From the sequence record MW812339.1: a stretch of 64,000 bases of DNA. The stretch is one strand, 5' to 3'. The notes beneath the pieces are model-generated. The model was not told the DNA's origin. It searched no databases and saw only the letters and a program-made list of their open reading frames with translations. Both the position numbers and the translations under genes were made by a program. Positions 44,201-53,342 of this stretch are shown here, piece after piece (within the stretch, counting starts at the first letter, position 1; every line of letters begins with the position of its first letter).

Positions 44201-47200
44201 TTATTACAAAGGCGGGCGTGTTCAGGCATTAACCGAAGTCTTAGCCGGTAAAGTCGGCATGGGCTTTAATAAGGTTATCAAGTTGCCGAAGAAGTTCTTG
44301 GACTTCCTCTCCCCGAAAGCCGGTACTGTTGTTACGAAGATTAAGGACTGGTTGAACGAGATTCCGGAAGGTGAGGAGAAATCCCGCCTGTCGAAAGCCT
44401 TCGGTCGCATCACCAGTCTGCCGGGTAAAGCATGGAACTTCGCCAAGACCGGCGTCGATAAGTTGAAAGACATCATTACCGATAATCCACTGACTCGTTG
44501 GTGGAAAGGTCGGAGTGATGGCGGTGGTGGCGGTTTCAGTCTGTTCTCCACAGGACGCAAAACCAACCACATTCTGATTCGCATCTATAAACTCTTGAAC
44601 AAACGCTTGCCAGGTGATCCGGAAGACGAAGGTTGGACGGAGCAAATGGAGAAAGGGACAGGTGGCGGTTCGAAGATTGGGGATGCTGCTTCACGTCTGA
44701 TGCGTAAAGCGAAAGTGATGGGACGTCGTCGCTTTGGTGGTCGCTGGGCAGGCATGAAGGCGGCCTTTGGTCGTGGCCGTTCACGCTTGGGTGAATGGTT
44801 CGGTGGTTTCCGTGGACGCGCTTCTGATGTGGCTGATTCGTTCCGTGGTGCTCGTCATGACATTGCAACCCGTTATGAAATTGAACGCCATCTGGCGGGA
44901 CGTGATGACGACGTTGCTGATTTCTACCGTAGCCACCTGAACGCCCGTGGTGGTATCTCTGGTAAGAAAGTCTACGGTGCCGCGAAGGATGATCTGGAGA
45001 CCGCACGCGATGCAGCGGGTCGTGTCATTAACAAAGGTGCCGGCGCTGCGAAGTCTGCCGGTGCAAAACTCTTCGAACGCTTAGACCGCATGATTGGGTT
45101 GCAGGAAATGTCATGGTTTAACACCATGCGTGAATCGGTTGCCCAAGCCGGCGGTTCCAGCGGAATGATGCGCACCATGTTCGCCAAGTTCGGCCGCCGT
45201 AATAAGCCGGGTGAGAACGACGAGAAACGGGATTACTTCCAGTTCTTCCGTCGTTGGCGTGACAAGCGTGAAGAGAAAGGTAAGAAAGCAGCCTCCGGCG
45301 GTAAGAAAGTCGGTGGTCTGATGGACATGCTCAAAGGTCTCCCGTTAATCGGGCCGCTGGTGAGTATCCTCAGCACCGTCGGTACTGTTCTGGGTACGGT
45401 TGCGAAATGGGGTATCTTCAAACCCGGTAAGTTGTTAGCCCAAGGTGCATGGCAAGTTGGTAAGTTCGCAGCAACGCGTCTTGCAGCGCCTGCTATCACC
45501 GCAGTTGCGTCAGCCGCGTCTGCGGTTGTTGCGGCGGTGGGCTGGCCCGCGATACTGATTGGCGGGGCAATCATTGGGGCCGGTTATGCGGCGTACAAGA
45601 TTGCAACCACGACGTATACGCAGTACCTGGATAAGTTGCGTTTAGCACAGTACGGTTTCCAAGACTACGACAAGTGGTCATCGGATGACGGTGCAAAAGC
45701 TCGCTACTTAGAAGATGCCTTACACGAGTATGTCAGCTATACGGAAAATGGTCAGGCCAGTATTCGTGGTCTGGGCGCTAAGGATGTACAGAAATTGGCA
45801 GAAGGCTTCGGTGTGCAGGTCGAGGAAAAAGGTGAGATGCTCGCCTTCCAGGCTTTCATGCTTCAACGCTTCATGCCAATCTATCTGCGCTGGATTACTG
45901 CACTGAAATCACTGGACAATGACGTTCAGTTGAAAGATGTAGGCGATCCGAAGAAAACAACCAAAGCGGATATGCAAGCGATTTTTGCCAAGGTCAAGAT
46001 GACGAAGGACGCGAAAGAGTTCACGGCATTAACTGACCCACGTAACGTTAACCAAGGCTTCTTCTCTAAAGCCTGGGACTTCGTGACCTTTACTTCTCCG
46101 AATCTGTTGGATGCGGACGATGTAATGGATGTGCAAACTCAAGTCGAGCGTTCCATTAAATTCCGTCTGGATGACAAGACGTCACAACGCAAGGGTTATT
46201 CCGAAGCTGTCGATGGTATTAAATCTGCGGGTGTGTCGGAAGCCATGAACAAGCTAACCCAACTGGACGGCGAACGTAATCAGAACGTCGCTAAGGTGGA
46301 AGGTTGGGAGGACGGGACCGAGCAAGTACAGATTCAGGTGGACTACAACTCCATCCTCGACCAGAAAGACATTAATGCGCTGGAGTCGGTTCGTTGGAAG
46401 GCCTACGGTCTTATCAACATCGACCAAACAGCGAAGACCATGATGTCCCTGTTCGAGAAAAACGTTATCAAAGATATCGACGTGAAAACCAGCAGCTATA
46501 AAGGCGACTGGAAGAAAGCGATTGTCGCGATAGCGCCAGATGCGATTGGTACACCGAATGAAGACCGAATGAAGCTGTGGTTCTTCAGCCGCTTCTTGCC
46601 GGTATTCATGACCTACCTGGTTGGGGTAAAACGTTATACGCCTACGGCCGACCCGTTGAACCTGAAACTGACCGGGGGTTATCTGTACGAACTGGGTCTG
46701 ATGATGCGTGGGGCGTACACCCTGAAAGGTGGGGTACGTCAGTCGGTGTGGGAAATCAAAGTGAACCCGTTAGGCGGGGAAGCGAACACCGATCCAAGTT
46801 CTGTCCGTGCAGAACTCGAAACACTCCACGTACTGTCCAAAGAAGCTGACCTTGCCGTGCGTAACATGCTGAAAGAAACACAATCGGCAGGGAAACGTGC
46901 GAAATGGCAACGTCGTGATAAGAACGTGAACTTCCTGCAAACGTCTGGGGAAGAAGATGATCCGAATATCAGTTCTGGCGATACACTGTCAGCAGCTGGC
47001 CAGCGGGCATCCGGGTATATTGGCACACCAGGCAGCAGTGGTGTACCGAATGACCTGTCTCAGTCGGTCGATACCGTCGGCGGGATAGAAAACTATGCGA
47101 AGATGACCACCGGACAATCCACCATTAACTTGAGTGAAGTCCAGGATGGCGACTATAAGTCCTTTGCGCAGAAATACCCGCTGGAGTCTCTGGGTAGTCG

Positions 47201-48404
47201 GGGTGCGATGAACACGCCGAAGATTAAAGAGATGATTATCGACGCAGCGAAAATGATGGGGGTTCCACCGGCGGTGGCTCTGGGGATGGCGAAAGCTGAA
47301 TCCGGATTCAACTACTTGGCGAAGAACCCGTATGCTTCTGCCTCGGGTCTGTTCCAGTTTGTGAACGGTACCTGGAAAGGGATGATGGACAAATACTCGC
47401 GTAAGTTTGGTATTCCGCGTGTAGGACAGCAAGACCCGTGGGCGAACACCATCCTCGGTCTGCAGTTCATCCGTGACAATATCCAACAGGCCCAGCGTGA
47501 CCTTGGCGGTAAAGCGCCACCACCGGCCGTTGCGTATCTGTACCACTTCTTAGGCCCAGGCGGCGGTAAATCGTTCCTGAACGCGTGGATGAAGAACCCG
47601 AATGCACCAGCCAGTTCAGCTCCAGGCATTACTCGTCAGATTCTGGCAGGTAACAAAGGGGTGTTCTACGATGGACAAGGCCGTATGCGTTCCATCGATG
47701 GTGTGATTCAGGAACTGAACCGTCGTATCGGTGCGGTCTCGGCGAACCAAATGGCTTCGTCCCCAGGCCAAACCGGTGACATGAAAGCTAACCTGTCGCC
47801 GACGAGTCCGACTAACCCAGCACAAGCAATGGGTGCGGGTGCTGCTAATGACCCAAGTCTGTCTCCAACCGATAACCTCCCTGCCGATAACGCAGCACGT
47901 CGTGATGACGTACTGGCGCAGAAAGGGGCTATGGGTGCACAAGACGCCATGGCAACCTCCGCTTCTGGCCCGGCAGCTCCAACGCCGGACGGTGGTGCAG
48001 GTCCAGGGTCGTCTGATGCGGATACTACCGCAGACAGTGTAGCATCTCAGGCTGCAGCAGATGGTCTGTCAGCAACTGATGTGGCGAAAGTGAAAGCCGG
48101 GGCGCAAGCACAGGTTTCCGCGAATGCAAAAGCGCCTGCAGTGGTGACGTCGGATGCTACGGCTGATACACCGACATTGAACGGTGAGCCGATTGATGCG
48201 CAGCAATTGAAAGTCTTGATTCAGTCTCGCGATTACTTGAAAGAGATTCGTGACCTGATTAAGGCGAACCCAGGGGCCGCTAATCAGTCATCGGGCGGGA
48301 GCGTTCAACAGCAAGCGGGGGTGGCACCACCAGGCTCCTCTTCCCGTAAGCAAGAGATAACCCAACCGACACCGACTTTGAACGTGAGTCGTAAAGCAAG
48401 CTAA
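41271..48404 (+). CDS. Tape measure / tail-associated lytic transglycosylase (phiKZ gp181-like), 2377 aa
   Basis: Very long helical Gly/Ala-rich ORF; C-terminal SLT motifs AKAESGFN..A.N..ASASGLFQF..TW. Confidence 0.9.
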   Translation: MAKRGKDGFDDIDLDSLDDWDDFGEPPRSDDKKRNPILNTLKTARKSALSTIWPEGKRDQVILKGMPKPAADAYQGYQSAADATKDIYAHTKGELEKTERTLKQQARQLGPTMRKYLPDAVTKRIDKWAKSDDQQYQQYDANQAMMDRELNDVFAGQSVPQSAEEQRAMQQQMTEDKLRDSIKDMKSDALHQTVIGMAKDINLLTGLNRGVFLNIERKKLELQYRTLFALQDLSKLKQTEFDRNTPALEAIVKNTALPDYAKEDFSEVRWANVKRQAAEWMNPLRYAEGFMDMIRENTKKKITGAFSEGRGLLESFLSMGMEDDFGMEDSSSLTADKRKGNARDKAVGWGSGFLAKKLLGPQIEKLQKYTREQLEKNPEAMKRLHKGSYAFQNLSSLSNSAIAGESSGPLASLFQALNELGIITPHGREKAFLDERSGESLSRSAKFDRKAYLSLVEVIPAWLSEINKSIRRGYGEHADLEYDISGRGFVDRKVVGNRIRKAVANDDQRLRLQKSINGTVDFVDKGKQLNSKDRQHLADYIESRASQGRAFDVEAILKDPTHLSRHMPSSAAERIHAALQSHSDSLTGGSGELSNHIAHKISTVQSSISQRQALIDEAVNIYGERALRDAGIFHYDEKSDTFGVDKDLSDPYTMFNDLAMGKTRSGRALTRDQEIARKMQNGSALGDYLKRMNQGGSGAQDDSSLPPALRGGKGGRGMSPRQLAAVLYGETSTNFVELLSQRNQQDPANTGGQDRVVDAIRESNNASLIQQILDHVKSMDEEGILLASLAGGSDGGGSAGADEEMGPPRPGRRKGKRRRIVIGEDGLLRRWGGVLFDSASGVGSFAKKGVKGAWNKLNQFGGWARGKISGMGGGEGPGLFSKLSGLVGGTVKDAFDSATAFGKGVLGIRDIYDEHGNVVLQGARLSAGEYYQVSSGQGGKLKQLTSLDDIRLGRDIVDAEGNLILSAADLAKAGKLRYYKGGRVQALTEVLAGKVGMGFNKVIKLPKKFLDFLSPKAGTVVTKIKDWLNEIPEGEEKSRLSKAFGRITSLPGKAWNFAKTGVDKLKDIITDNPLTRWWKGRSDGGGGGFSLFSTGRKTNHILIRIYKLLNKRLPGDPEDEGWTEQMEKGTGGGSKIGDAASRLMRKAKVMGRRRFGGRWAGMKAAFGRGRSRLGEWFGGFRGRASDVADSFRGARHDIATRYEIERHLAGRDDDVADFYRSHLNARGGISGKKVYGAAKDDLETARDAAGRVINKGAGAAKSAGAKLFERLDRMIGLQEMSWFNTMRESVAQAGGSSGMMRTMFAKFGRRNKPGENDEKRDYFQFFRRWRDKREEKGKKAASGGKKVGGLMDMLKGLPLIGPLVSILSTVGTVLGTVAKWGIFKPGKLLAQGAWQVGKFAATRLAAPAITAVASAASAVVAAVGWPAILIGGAIIGAGYAAYKIATTTYTQYLDKLRLAQYGFQDYDKWSSDDGAKARYLEDALHEYVSYTENGQASIRGLGAKDVQKLAEGFGVQVEEKGEMLAFQAFMLQRFMPIYLRWITALKSLDNDVQLKDVGDPKKTTKADMQAIFAKVKMTKDAKEFTALTDPRNVNQGFFSKAWDFVTFTSPNLLDADDVMDVQTQVERSIKFRLDDKTSQRKGYSEAVDGIKSAGVSEAMNKLTQLDGERNQNVAKVEGWEDGTEQVQIQVDYNSILDQKDINALESVRWKAYGLINIDQTAKTMMSLFEKNVIKDIDVKTSSYKGDWKKAIVAIAPDAIGTPNEDRMKLWFFSRFLPVFMTYLVGVKRYTPTADPLNLKLTGGYLYELGLMMRGAYTLKGGVRQSVWEIKVNPLGGEANTDPSSVRAELETLHVLSKEADLAVRNMLKETQSAGKRAKWQRRDKNVNFLQTSGEEDDPNISSGDTLSAAGQRASGYIGTPGSSGVPNDLSQSVDTVGGIENYAKMTTGQSTINLSEVQDGDYKSFAQKYPLESLGSRGAMNTPKIKEMIIDAAKMMGVPPAVALGMAKAESGFNYLAKNPYASASGLFQFVNGTWKGMMDKYSRKFGIPRVGQQDPWANTILGLQFIRDNIQQAQRDLGGKAPPPAVAYLYHFLGPGGGKSFLNAWMKNPNAPASSAPGITRQILAGNKGVFYDGQGRMRSIDGVIQELNRRIGAVSANQMASSPGQTGDMKANLSPTSPTNPAQAMGAGAANDPSLSPTDNLPADNAARRDDVLAQKGAMGAQDAMATSASGPAAPTPDGGAGPGSSDADTTADSVASQAAADGLSATDVAKVKAGAQAQVSANAKAPAVVTSDATADTPTLNGEPIDAQQLKVLIQSRDYLKEIRDLIKANPGAANQSSGGSVQQQAGVAPPGSSSRKQEITQPTPTLNVSRKAS

Positions 48405-48407
48405 TCG

Positions 48408-48429
48408 TAGGGGGAGGCAACTCCCCCTA
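48408..48429 (+). terminator. Hairpin terminator with GCAA loop
   Basis: TAGGGGGAG-GCAA-CTCCCCCTA. Confidence 0.65.
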
Positions 48430-48451
48430 TCATCTTACAGAGAGGTTAAAC

Positions 48452-50659
48452 GTGGACGCAAGAGAACTAAAAGATTCGGGATGGGTGACTGGCCTGTTCG
48501 GTGGGACTGTCTCCCAGCGTGATGAACGCTTCCTGGGTTTGCGTCGTTATTCTAACGCGATGCTCTCGTTTGAAGATACCACGATGGGTGGTTCGCAAGC
48601 GTTGAATGCGCCGCCTCAGTTTACGATGTTTGCTGACCCCTCTTCTACAGGGGCATTAGCCCAACCTGATTTAGGCGGGGCTTCCTATCAAGCGTACTTA
48701 GAAGGCCAAGACCTGAAAGGGTCGTACCGTCTGGGTACTTACTACTACGAATCCATCAACCAAAATGGATTCTACTTGCACTGTCGTTTTGGTAAGCCAC
48801 GTTACATCGGTGTCGCTGCGTTCTTCGCGAACATGTACGATTCGAACCTGGCTTATCTGGCCCGTACCGGCGACTATCCGGGAATGCTGCGCAGTATCGG
48901 TACGTACGTTACCGCTGCGGCAATTTGGGCTGCTGTGGGGACGGTAGCATTTGCTGTTATCCTGATTACCCCACGTATCTTGAAGATGGTGCTGAACAAG
49001 CAGACTTCGCGATACTATTATGTGAAACCGACAATGCATCTGTACTTGCGTGCAGTGCAGAACATCGTAAACACGCAGCTTGTTTATCGTCGGTTAGTCC
49101 CGACTGGGGTGCTCAATACCTTCCAGTTGAACAACACCGTCGATGGCACCGAAAACAAATACAACGGTGACCGTAGCGAGTGGTACTCCATGCTTCCAGA
49201 CATCTGGAAGTCAAACGGCGAGTTCGATATCTATCGCATGATTAACCGCTATCAGACCTTGGCGAACTATCAGTCGAAGACCATCGATAAAATCCGTAAA
49301 GAGTCCAGTGACGAAGACGATTTCGCACGTCGTCTGCGTAACTTCTATCTCGAAGCCACGTACTCTACAAAACATGTCAATGAAGCGGCAAGCTACGAGG
49401 TCTCCCTACAGAACCTCGAGTACGTTGCTCGTACCGGCACCGGTTACGATGCTGGATTTGAAAATGCCGATTCTCAGGAAGACCAACTCGTCGCTGGAAT
49501 GAATGGGGGCATCAGTGACGCGCAGGATGCGGGCGGTACTTCAACTGACATGCTTAACTCTGCCGAAGCCAAGCGGAAAGATTTGAAGGATCGGATGGAT
49601 ACTATCCAGAAGAACCAAGATAACGCCGCGAAGAACCAGACTGATGCCAACTCGATAGATGAGAACAATCTCGACATCGGGAAGATTGAAAACTGGATGG
49701 CGCAGGGCCAGAAAGAAACCGTGGGTGAAGTCTTCAAAGGCTACATCGACATGGCGGAAACGGCCTTGAAAAATATGGGTACCAACGCAGCCGCAGAAAT
49801 TCGTAACGGCTCGCAATGGATTACCTGGCGTGTCGAAGGGCGCGACACAGTATCACGCTCGTTCTCGAACACAACCAAAGAACCGGAAATTTCAGGTACC
49901 GTTAACTCGGCTACACAAAAGGCCCGCTCTCTGGAGGTTAACCTTTCTGGCGGTAAGACCGGTTTCGACGCTGTCGACGGTTTAATCACCGGTTTAAAAT
50001 CTGCCTTCACAGGCGCGCTCGACTTCCTACATCTCTCGGGGATTATGTCACTGTACAACTCGTCAGTGATTGACTTCCCGGAAGTTTGGGATTCGTCTGA
50101 CACGTCTGGGGATGATATCTCGCTGAGTATCCCGCTACGTTGCTGGTCGGGAAATGATCTCGATGTATTTCAAGATCTGATAGTACCAATGTCGTTTTGG
50201 TTAGCCTCAGTGTGTCCGCTCGCAACCGGGAAACAATCGTTTACCCATCCGTTCTATTTGGAGTGCTACTCTCGTGGACGTTATTCAATGCGTAATGCAA
50301 TGGTGACGAACTTGAGCTTGCAGTTCGGTACGGGTGGTCTCGGATGGCGTGCTGATGGTCTGCCGCTTTCGTGTGATATTCAAGTGACTATCCGCGACTT
50401 ATCTCGCGTCATGTACATGCCTATTGTAACAGACGTCGGGGTATTTGATGATGATAATAAGTTCAGCGAGTTTATGGCTGTCCTTGGGGCTGCAACGCTG
50501 TATGAACGCACGAATGGTATCGCACAGGCAAAAATCAATGCCTCCATTTGGGCGCAGAACTGGCGCAGTGCATGGTCACAGGGCAGCATCATTAACGCCG
50601 CATTGGACGTAATACCTGCACGACAAATCGCGAATATCTTCCTGCCACAAGCCCGTTAA
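48452..50659 (+). CDS. Tail/baseplate structural protein (phiKZ gp182-like), 735 aa
   Basis: Follows tape measure; PEVWDSS and GWRADGLPL tube-like C-terminal motifs. Confidence 0.7.
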   Translation: MDARELKDSGWVTGLFGGTVSQRDERFLGLRRYSNAMLSFEDTTMGGSQALNAPPQFTMFADPSSTGALAQPDLGGASYQAYLEGQDLKGSYRLGTYYYESINQNGFYLHCRFGKPRYIGVAAFFANMYDSNLAYLARTGDYPGMLRSIGTYVTAAAIWAAVGTVAFAVILITPRILKMVLNKQTSRYYYVKPTMHLYLRAVQNIVNTQLVYRRLVPTGVLNTFQLNNTVDGTENKYNGDRSEWYSMLPDIWKSNGEFDIYRMINRYQTLANYQSKTIDKIRKESSDEDDFARRLRNFYLEATYSTKHVNEAASYEVSLQNLEYVARTGTGYDAGFENADSQEDQLVAGMNGGISDAQDAGGTSTDMLNSAEAKRKDLKDRMDTIQKNQDNAAKNQTDANSIDENNLDIGKIENWMAQGQKETVGEVFKGYIDMAETALKNMGTNAAAEIRNGSQWITWRVEGRDTVSRSFSNTTKEPEISGTVNSATQKARSLEVNLSGGKTGFDAVDGLITGLKSAFTGALDFLHLSGIMSLYNSSVIDFPEVWDSSDTSGDDISLSIPLRCWSGNDLDVFQDLIVPMSFWLASVCPLATGKQSFTHPFYLECYSRGRYSMRNAMVTNLSLQFGTGGLGWRADGLPLSCDIQVTIRDLSRVMYMPIVTDVGVFDDDNKFSEFMAVLGAATLYERTNGIAQAKINASIWAQNWRSAWSQGSIINAALDVIPARQIANIFLPQAR

Positions 50660-50713
50660 TGGGTATCATTTAAAATGGTTGCTTGTAATAACCAATGATA
50701 GAGGAACGACCGA

Positions 50714-51283
50714 ATGAGTCTGTTTGGAAAAAGCGCGAAAGAACTGGTCTATGATTTAATCGTATCCCAGAATCCAGGGTTAGCAGACAAAGGGATTACG
50801 ATTGACAAGCTGCAATTTGCCACACCGTCAAACGTTACTGCGCCCGATCCAGATCTAGAGAAATACACCCGGCTGAATACCACGCTGGCTGTGACTGGCA
50901 TCGTGGACAAAGGGGCGTTCGGTAAGATCGGTTTGACGTATCGCCGTCTGTTCATGGACCATCTGTTTGAAAACGTTGTTATCTCGGTTGATGGTACCGG
51001 TGTAACCAAGGCGTCTGAACTGCTGCCGTTGATTCAAGCGAAGTATAATCTGATTATTGACCCGTCAGAAGTCTACGCTACAGAATCAATGACAACCCCA
51101 GAGAAACACAACCTCCGCTTTAACGGCAGTTCTCTGGCCTGGATTGGTACGCTGGAAGTTTACCTGAGTGAAGTACCGTCCGATTCAGTGGATATTACCA
51201 AACTCATCACCGTTACCGAACTCGACGGCCTCACCTACGATATTTCCGATATCACTGGTGCGGCTGCACGCAGCGCGAGTTAA
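50714..51283 (+). CDS. Virion structural protein, 189 aa
   Basis: YRRL motif typical of phiKZ-family tail paralogs; GAGG SD. Confidence 0.6.
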   Translation: MSLFGKSAKELVYDLIVSQNPGLADKGITIDKLQFATPSNVTAPDPDLEKYTRLNTTLAVTGIVDKGAFGKIGLTYRRLFMDHLFENVVISVDGTGVTKASELLPLIQAKYNLIIDPSEVYATESMTTPEKHNLRFNGSSLAWIGTLEVYLSEVPSDSVDITKLITVTELDGLTYDISDITGAAARSAS

Positions 51284-51301
51284 CAAAAAAAGAAAGAGTA
51301 T

Positions 51302-51325
51302 CGAGTACCCCAAATGGGGTACTCG
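51302..51325. terminator. Bidirectional terminator
   Basis: CGAGTACCCC/GGGGTACTCG stem between convergent genes. Confidence 0.85.
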
Positions 51326-51336
51326 TTTTCTCTTTT

Positions 51337-51762
51337 TTATCGCAAATCGAACTCGAAGAAAATGCGCACAGTGTTGTCGGGCAACATGGACACCAGCAGC
51401 GTATTCTCGCCCAAGTCTTTTGGCCAGTCGGTAAGATAGGCCATGTCTGTACCGTAAAGGCTCGACAACTTCAGCACGTTACCTGGAGAGAAACAACCGC
51501 CCCGCCAGTTATGGGTGTAGAGAACCTTCTGCATGAACTCCGGCACCACTTGCCAGGAGAATAAGTTACGTCGGTCGGTCCAGACGTTCTCAGGGATTAG
51601 CCGGTCACTGATGACAAACTCAAATCCACCCCGCTTCTCCGACATCTGCTTCAGCCTGAACATCTGCTGCAGGGTCAAGCCGACGTCACCCCAGTCTTCA
51701 CCGTTTACTGTCAGGCGATTGCCATCCGCGACAAAGTCGAGGTCGTGCAACACTTTCGCCAT
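51337..51762 (-). CDS. Hypothetical protein, 141 aa
   Basis: Coupled to MazG-like gene. Confidence 0.7.
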   Translation of the reverse strand: MAKVLHDLDFVADGNRLTVNGEDWGDVGLTLQQMFRLKQMSEKRGGFEFVISDRLIPENVWTDRRNLFSWQVVPEFMQKVLYTHNWRGGCFSPGNVLKLSSLYGTDMAYLTDWPKDLGENTLLVSMLPDNTVRIFFEFDLR

Positions 51763-52610
51763 TAGGCGTCAGCTTCTTTGATGAAGATACCGTCGGCATT
51801 CAGGAAACCTTTACGGTCTTTGATTTCGTCCCAGGCCAGAGAGAAACATTTCTCCAGCGTCATGTCGTACGCATTGGCCAATGCGTTAGCATAACGAATC
51901 ATTTCTTCGTAATGGTATTCGATGTTGGTACAAACGGAGTTGTCAAAGCGTTTGAAGTCAAGCTTTTTCGGTGAATCGATGCCAGCTTCGTCCCACAGAT
52001 AGTCGATCGCATTGGTGATGTGGAAACGCATTTTGTGGAACAGGTAATGTGCGTTGCCAATAGGCGCTTCTTCTCGACGAACACCATCGACCATGCAGGC
52101 AATTTCAAGCGCTTCATAGCCGGTTAGTTCCATCAGATTAACCAGCACCACGAGTGCGTCTCCCACACCGTCCATGATGTCGTTGTGGCGACTCTTGCCA
52201 ACGCCTGTAGCGGCTTCACCGTCTTCTTCGTAAAGTTTGGTTCCCTGGGTGTACCAGATGCCGTTTTCCAGAATACCACGGGCCTTAGACCACTCTACAA
52301 CATTGTGAACGCAACCGGCGATGGTATAAAGAGGGATATAACGTGGGTGTGTGGTGGTCGCGCCAGTAAACTCGGCACGTTTCATGTCGAGTTTAATTTC
52401 GCAATCCGAAATATCTAAACGGCTGTCTTCACGTTTAACTTTACCTTCAACACGCACCTTACCGGTCGTGGTGTTAAGCGCCATCGCGTAGATGGATTCG
52501 AATTCGATATTGCCGCCCATTGCTTTAATAGCAGGATTGACCTGGTACAACATATCTTCGTTAATGATCATTACGTTGTAAGGAATTTGGATAGAGAAAG
52601 TCTCGCCCAT
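51762..52610 (-). CDS. MazG-like NTP pyrophosphohydrolase with N-terminal extra domain
   Basis: W...RG...KLYEE.GE...DIMDGVGDALVVLVNL...CFSLAWDEIKDRKG....G.FIKE. Confidence 0.82.
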   Translation of the reverse strand: MGETFSIQIPYNVMIINEDMLYQVNPAIKAMGGNIEFESIYAMALNTTTGKVRVEGKVKREDSRLDISDCEIKLDMKRAEFTGATTTHPRYIPLYTIAGCVHNVVEWSKARGILENGIWYTQGTKLYEEDGEAATGVGKSRHNDIMDGVGDALVVLVNLMELTGYEALEIACMVDGVRREEAPIGNAHYLFHKMRFHITNAIDYLWDEAGIDSPKKLDFKRFDNSVCTNIEYHYEEMIRYANALANAYDMTLEKCFSLAWDEIKDRKGFLNADGIFIKEADA

Positions 52611-52647
52611 GATAACAGCTCCGTTTGGTTAAAAAAAATAAGAGAGG

Positions 52648-52672
52648 TAGCCTCTGCCATAAGCAGAGGCTA
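52648..52672 (-). terminator. Rho-independent terminator
   Basis: TAGCCTCTGC/GCAGAGGCTA stem, U-run on minus strand. Confidence 0.8.
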
Positions 52673-52676
52673 ATCT

Positions 52677-52865
52677 TTAAATTTTGCACGCCCCGCCAGG
52701 ACAGCTTTCGTCATCCTTTGCTGCGTCCACGCCACCTTCAACGGTGAGGTTTGGGTCTAAGCCCGGTAGAGAGAATTCATCTTCTTTCTGCATCGGAACA
52801 TCAACACCCAAGCCATCGACGTGCATGAAAGTCGTGGTTTGCCCACGGCCTAATTCTCCAGCCAT
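52677..52865 (-). CDS. Small acidic protein ending in a ribonucleotide-reductase-like redox tail (CxxxxC)
   Basis: GAGG SD, own terminator; C-terminus DDESCPGGACKI vs E. coli NrdA DDGCESGACKI. Confidence 0.75.
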   Translation of the reverse strand: MAGELGRGQTTTFMHVDGLGVDVPMQKEDEFSLPGLDPNLTVEGGVDAAKDDESCPGGACKI

Positions 52866-52875
52866 TGTAAATACC

Positions 52876-53328
52876 TCAGTTAATCAAGTGAATCACCACA
52901 TCCGATTCTACCATCGTGGCTAGACTTCGGAAAATCTTATCGTAGCTAAACTTGTGGAAGAAGAAGCTGGCTTCATCAACGAGTACCAGCCCGTACTTCT
53001 GCCCCTGCCAGTTTTCTGGCAGATAACCGCAAAGTGATGTCAGACTACTGATACCTGTGCTTTTCTTGGTATATCGTCTTACCACATCGTCCCGCAAACT
53101 CACATTGTGAATCAGATAAAGGACGTGGCCATCAAACTTCGCAGCCATATCAACTGCATGGGTTGTAACGCCCTTCTGACGACCGGCACCATAACGAATT
53201 GTGCGGAATTCGCTAAGCGCGATATGCGGCATCATGTTACAGCTCTTTGCGATATCAGAATCCAGGGCAATAAGACCTTTGGACAGTTCTTTCACCACAA
53301 CATCATAATCGATAGGGGTCATAGACAT
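52876..53328 (-). CDS. Small degenerate P-loop NTPase-like protein, 150 aa
   Basis: GRQKGVTT (Walker-A-like, Lys replaced) and LVLVDEA (Walker B). Confidence 0.5.
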   Translation of the reverse strand: MSMTPIDYDVVVKELSKGLIALDSDIAKSCNMMPHIALSEFRTIRYGAGRQKGVTTHAVDMAAKFDGHVLYLIHNVSLRDDVVRRYTKKSTGISSLTSLCGYLPENWQGQKYGLVLVDEASFFFHKFSYDKIFRSLATMVESDVVIHLIN

Positions 53329-53342
53329 CTGTTGTACCTCTG

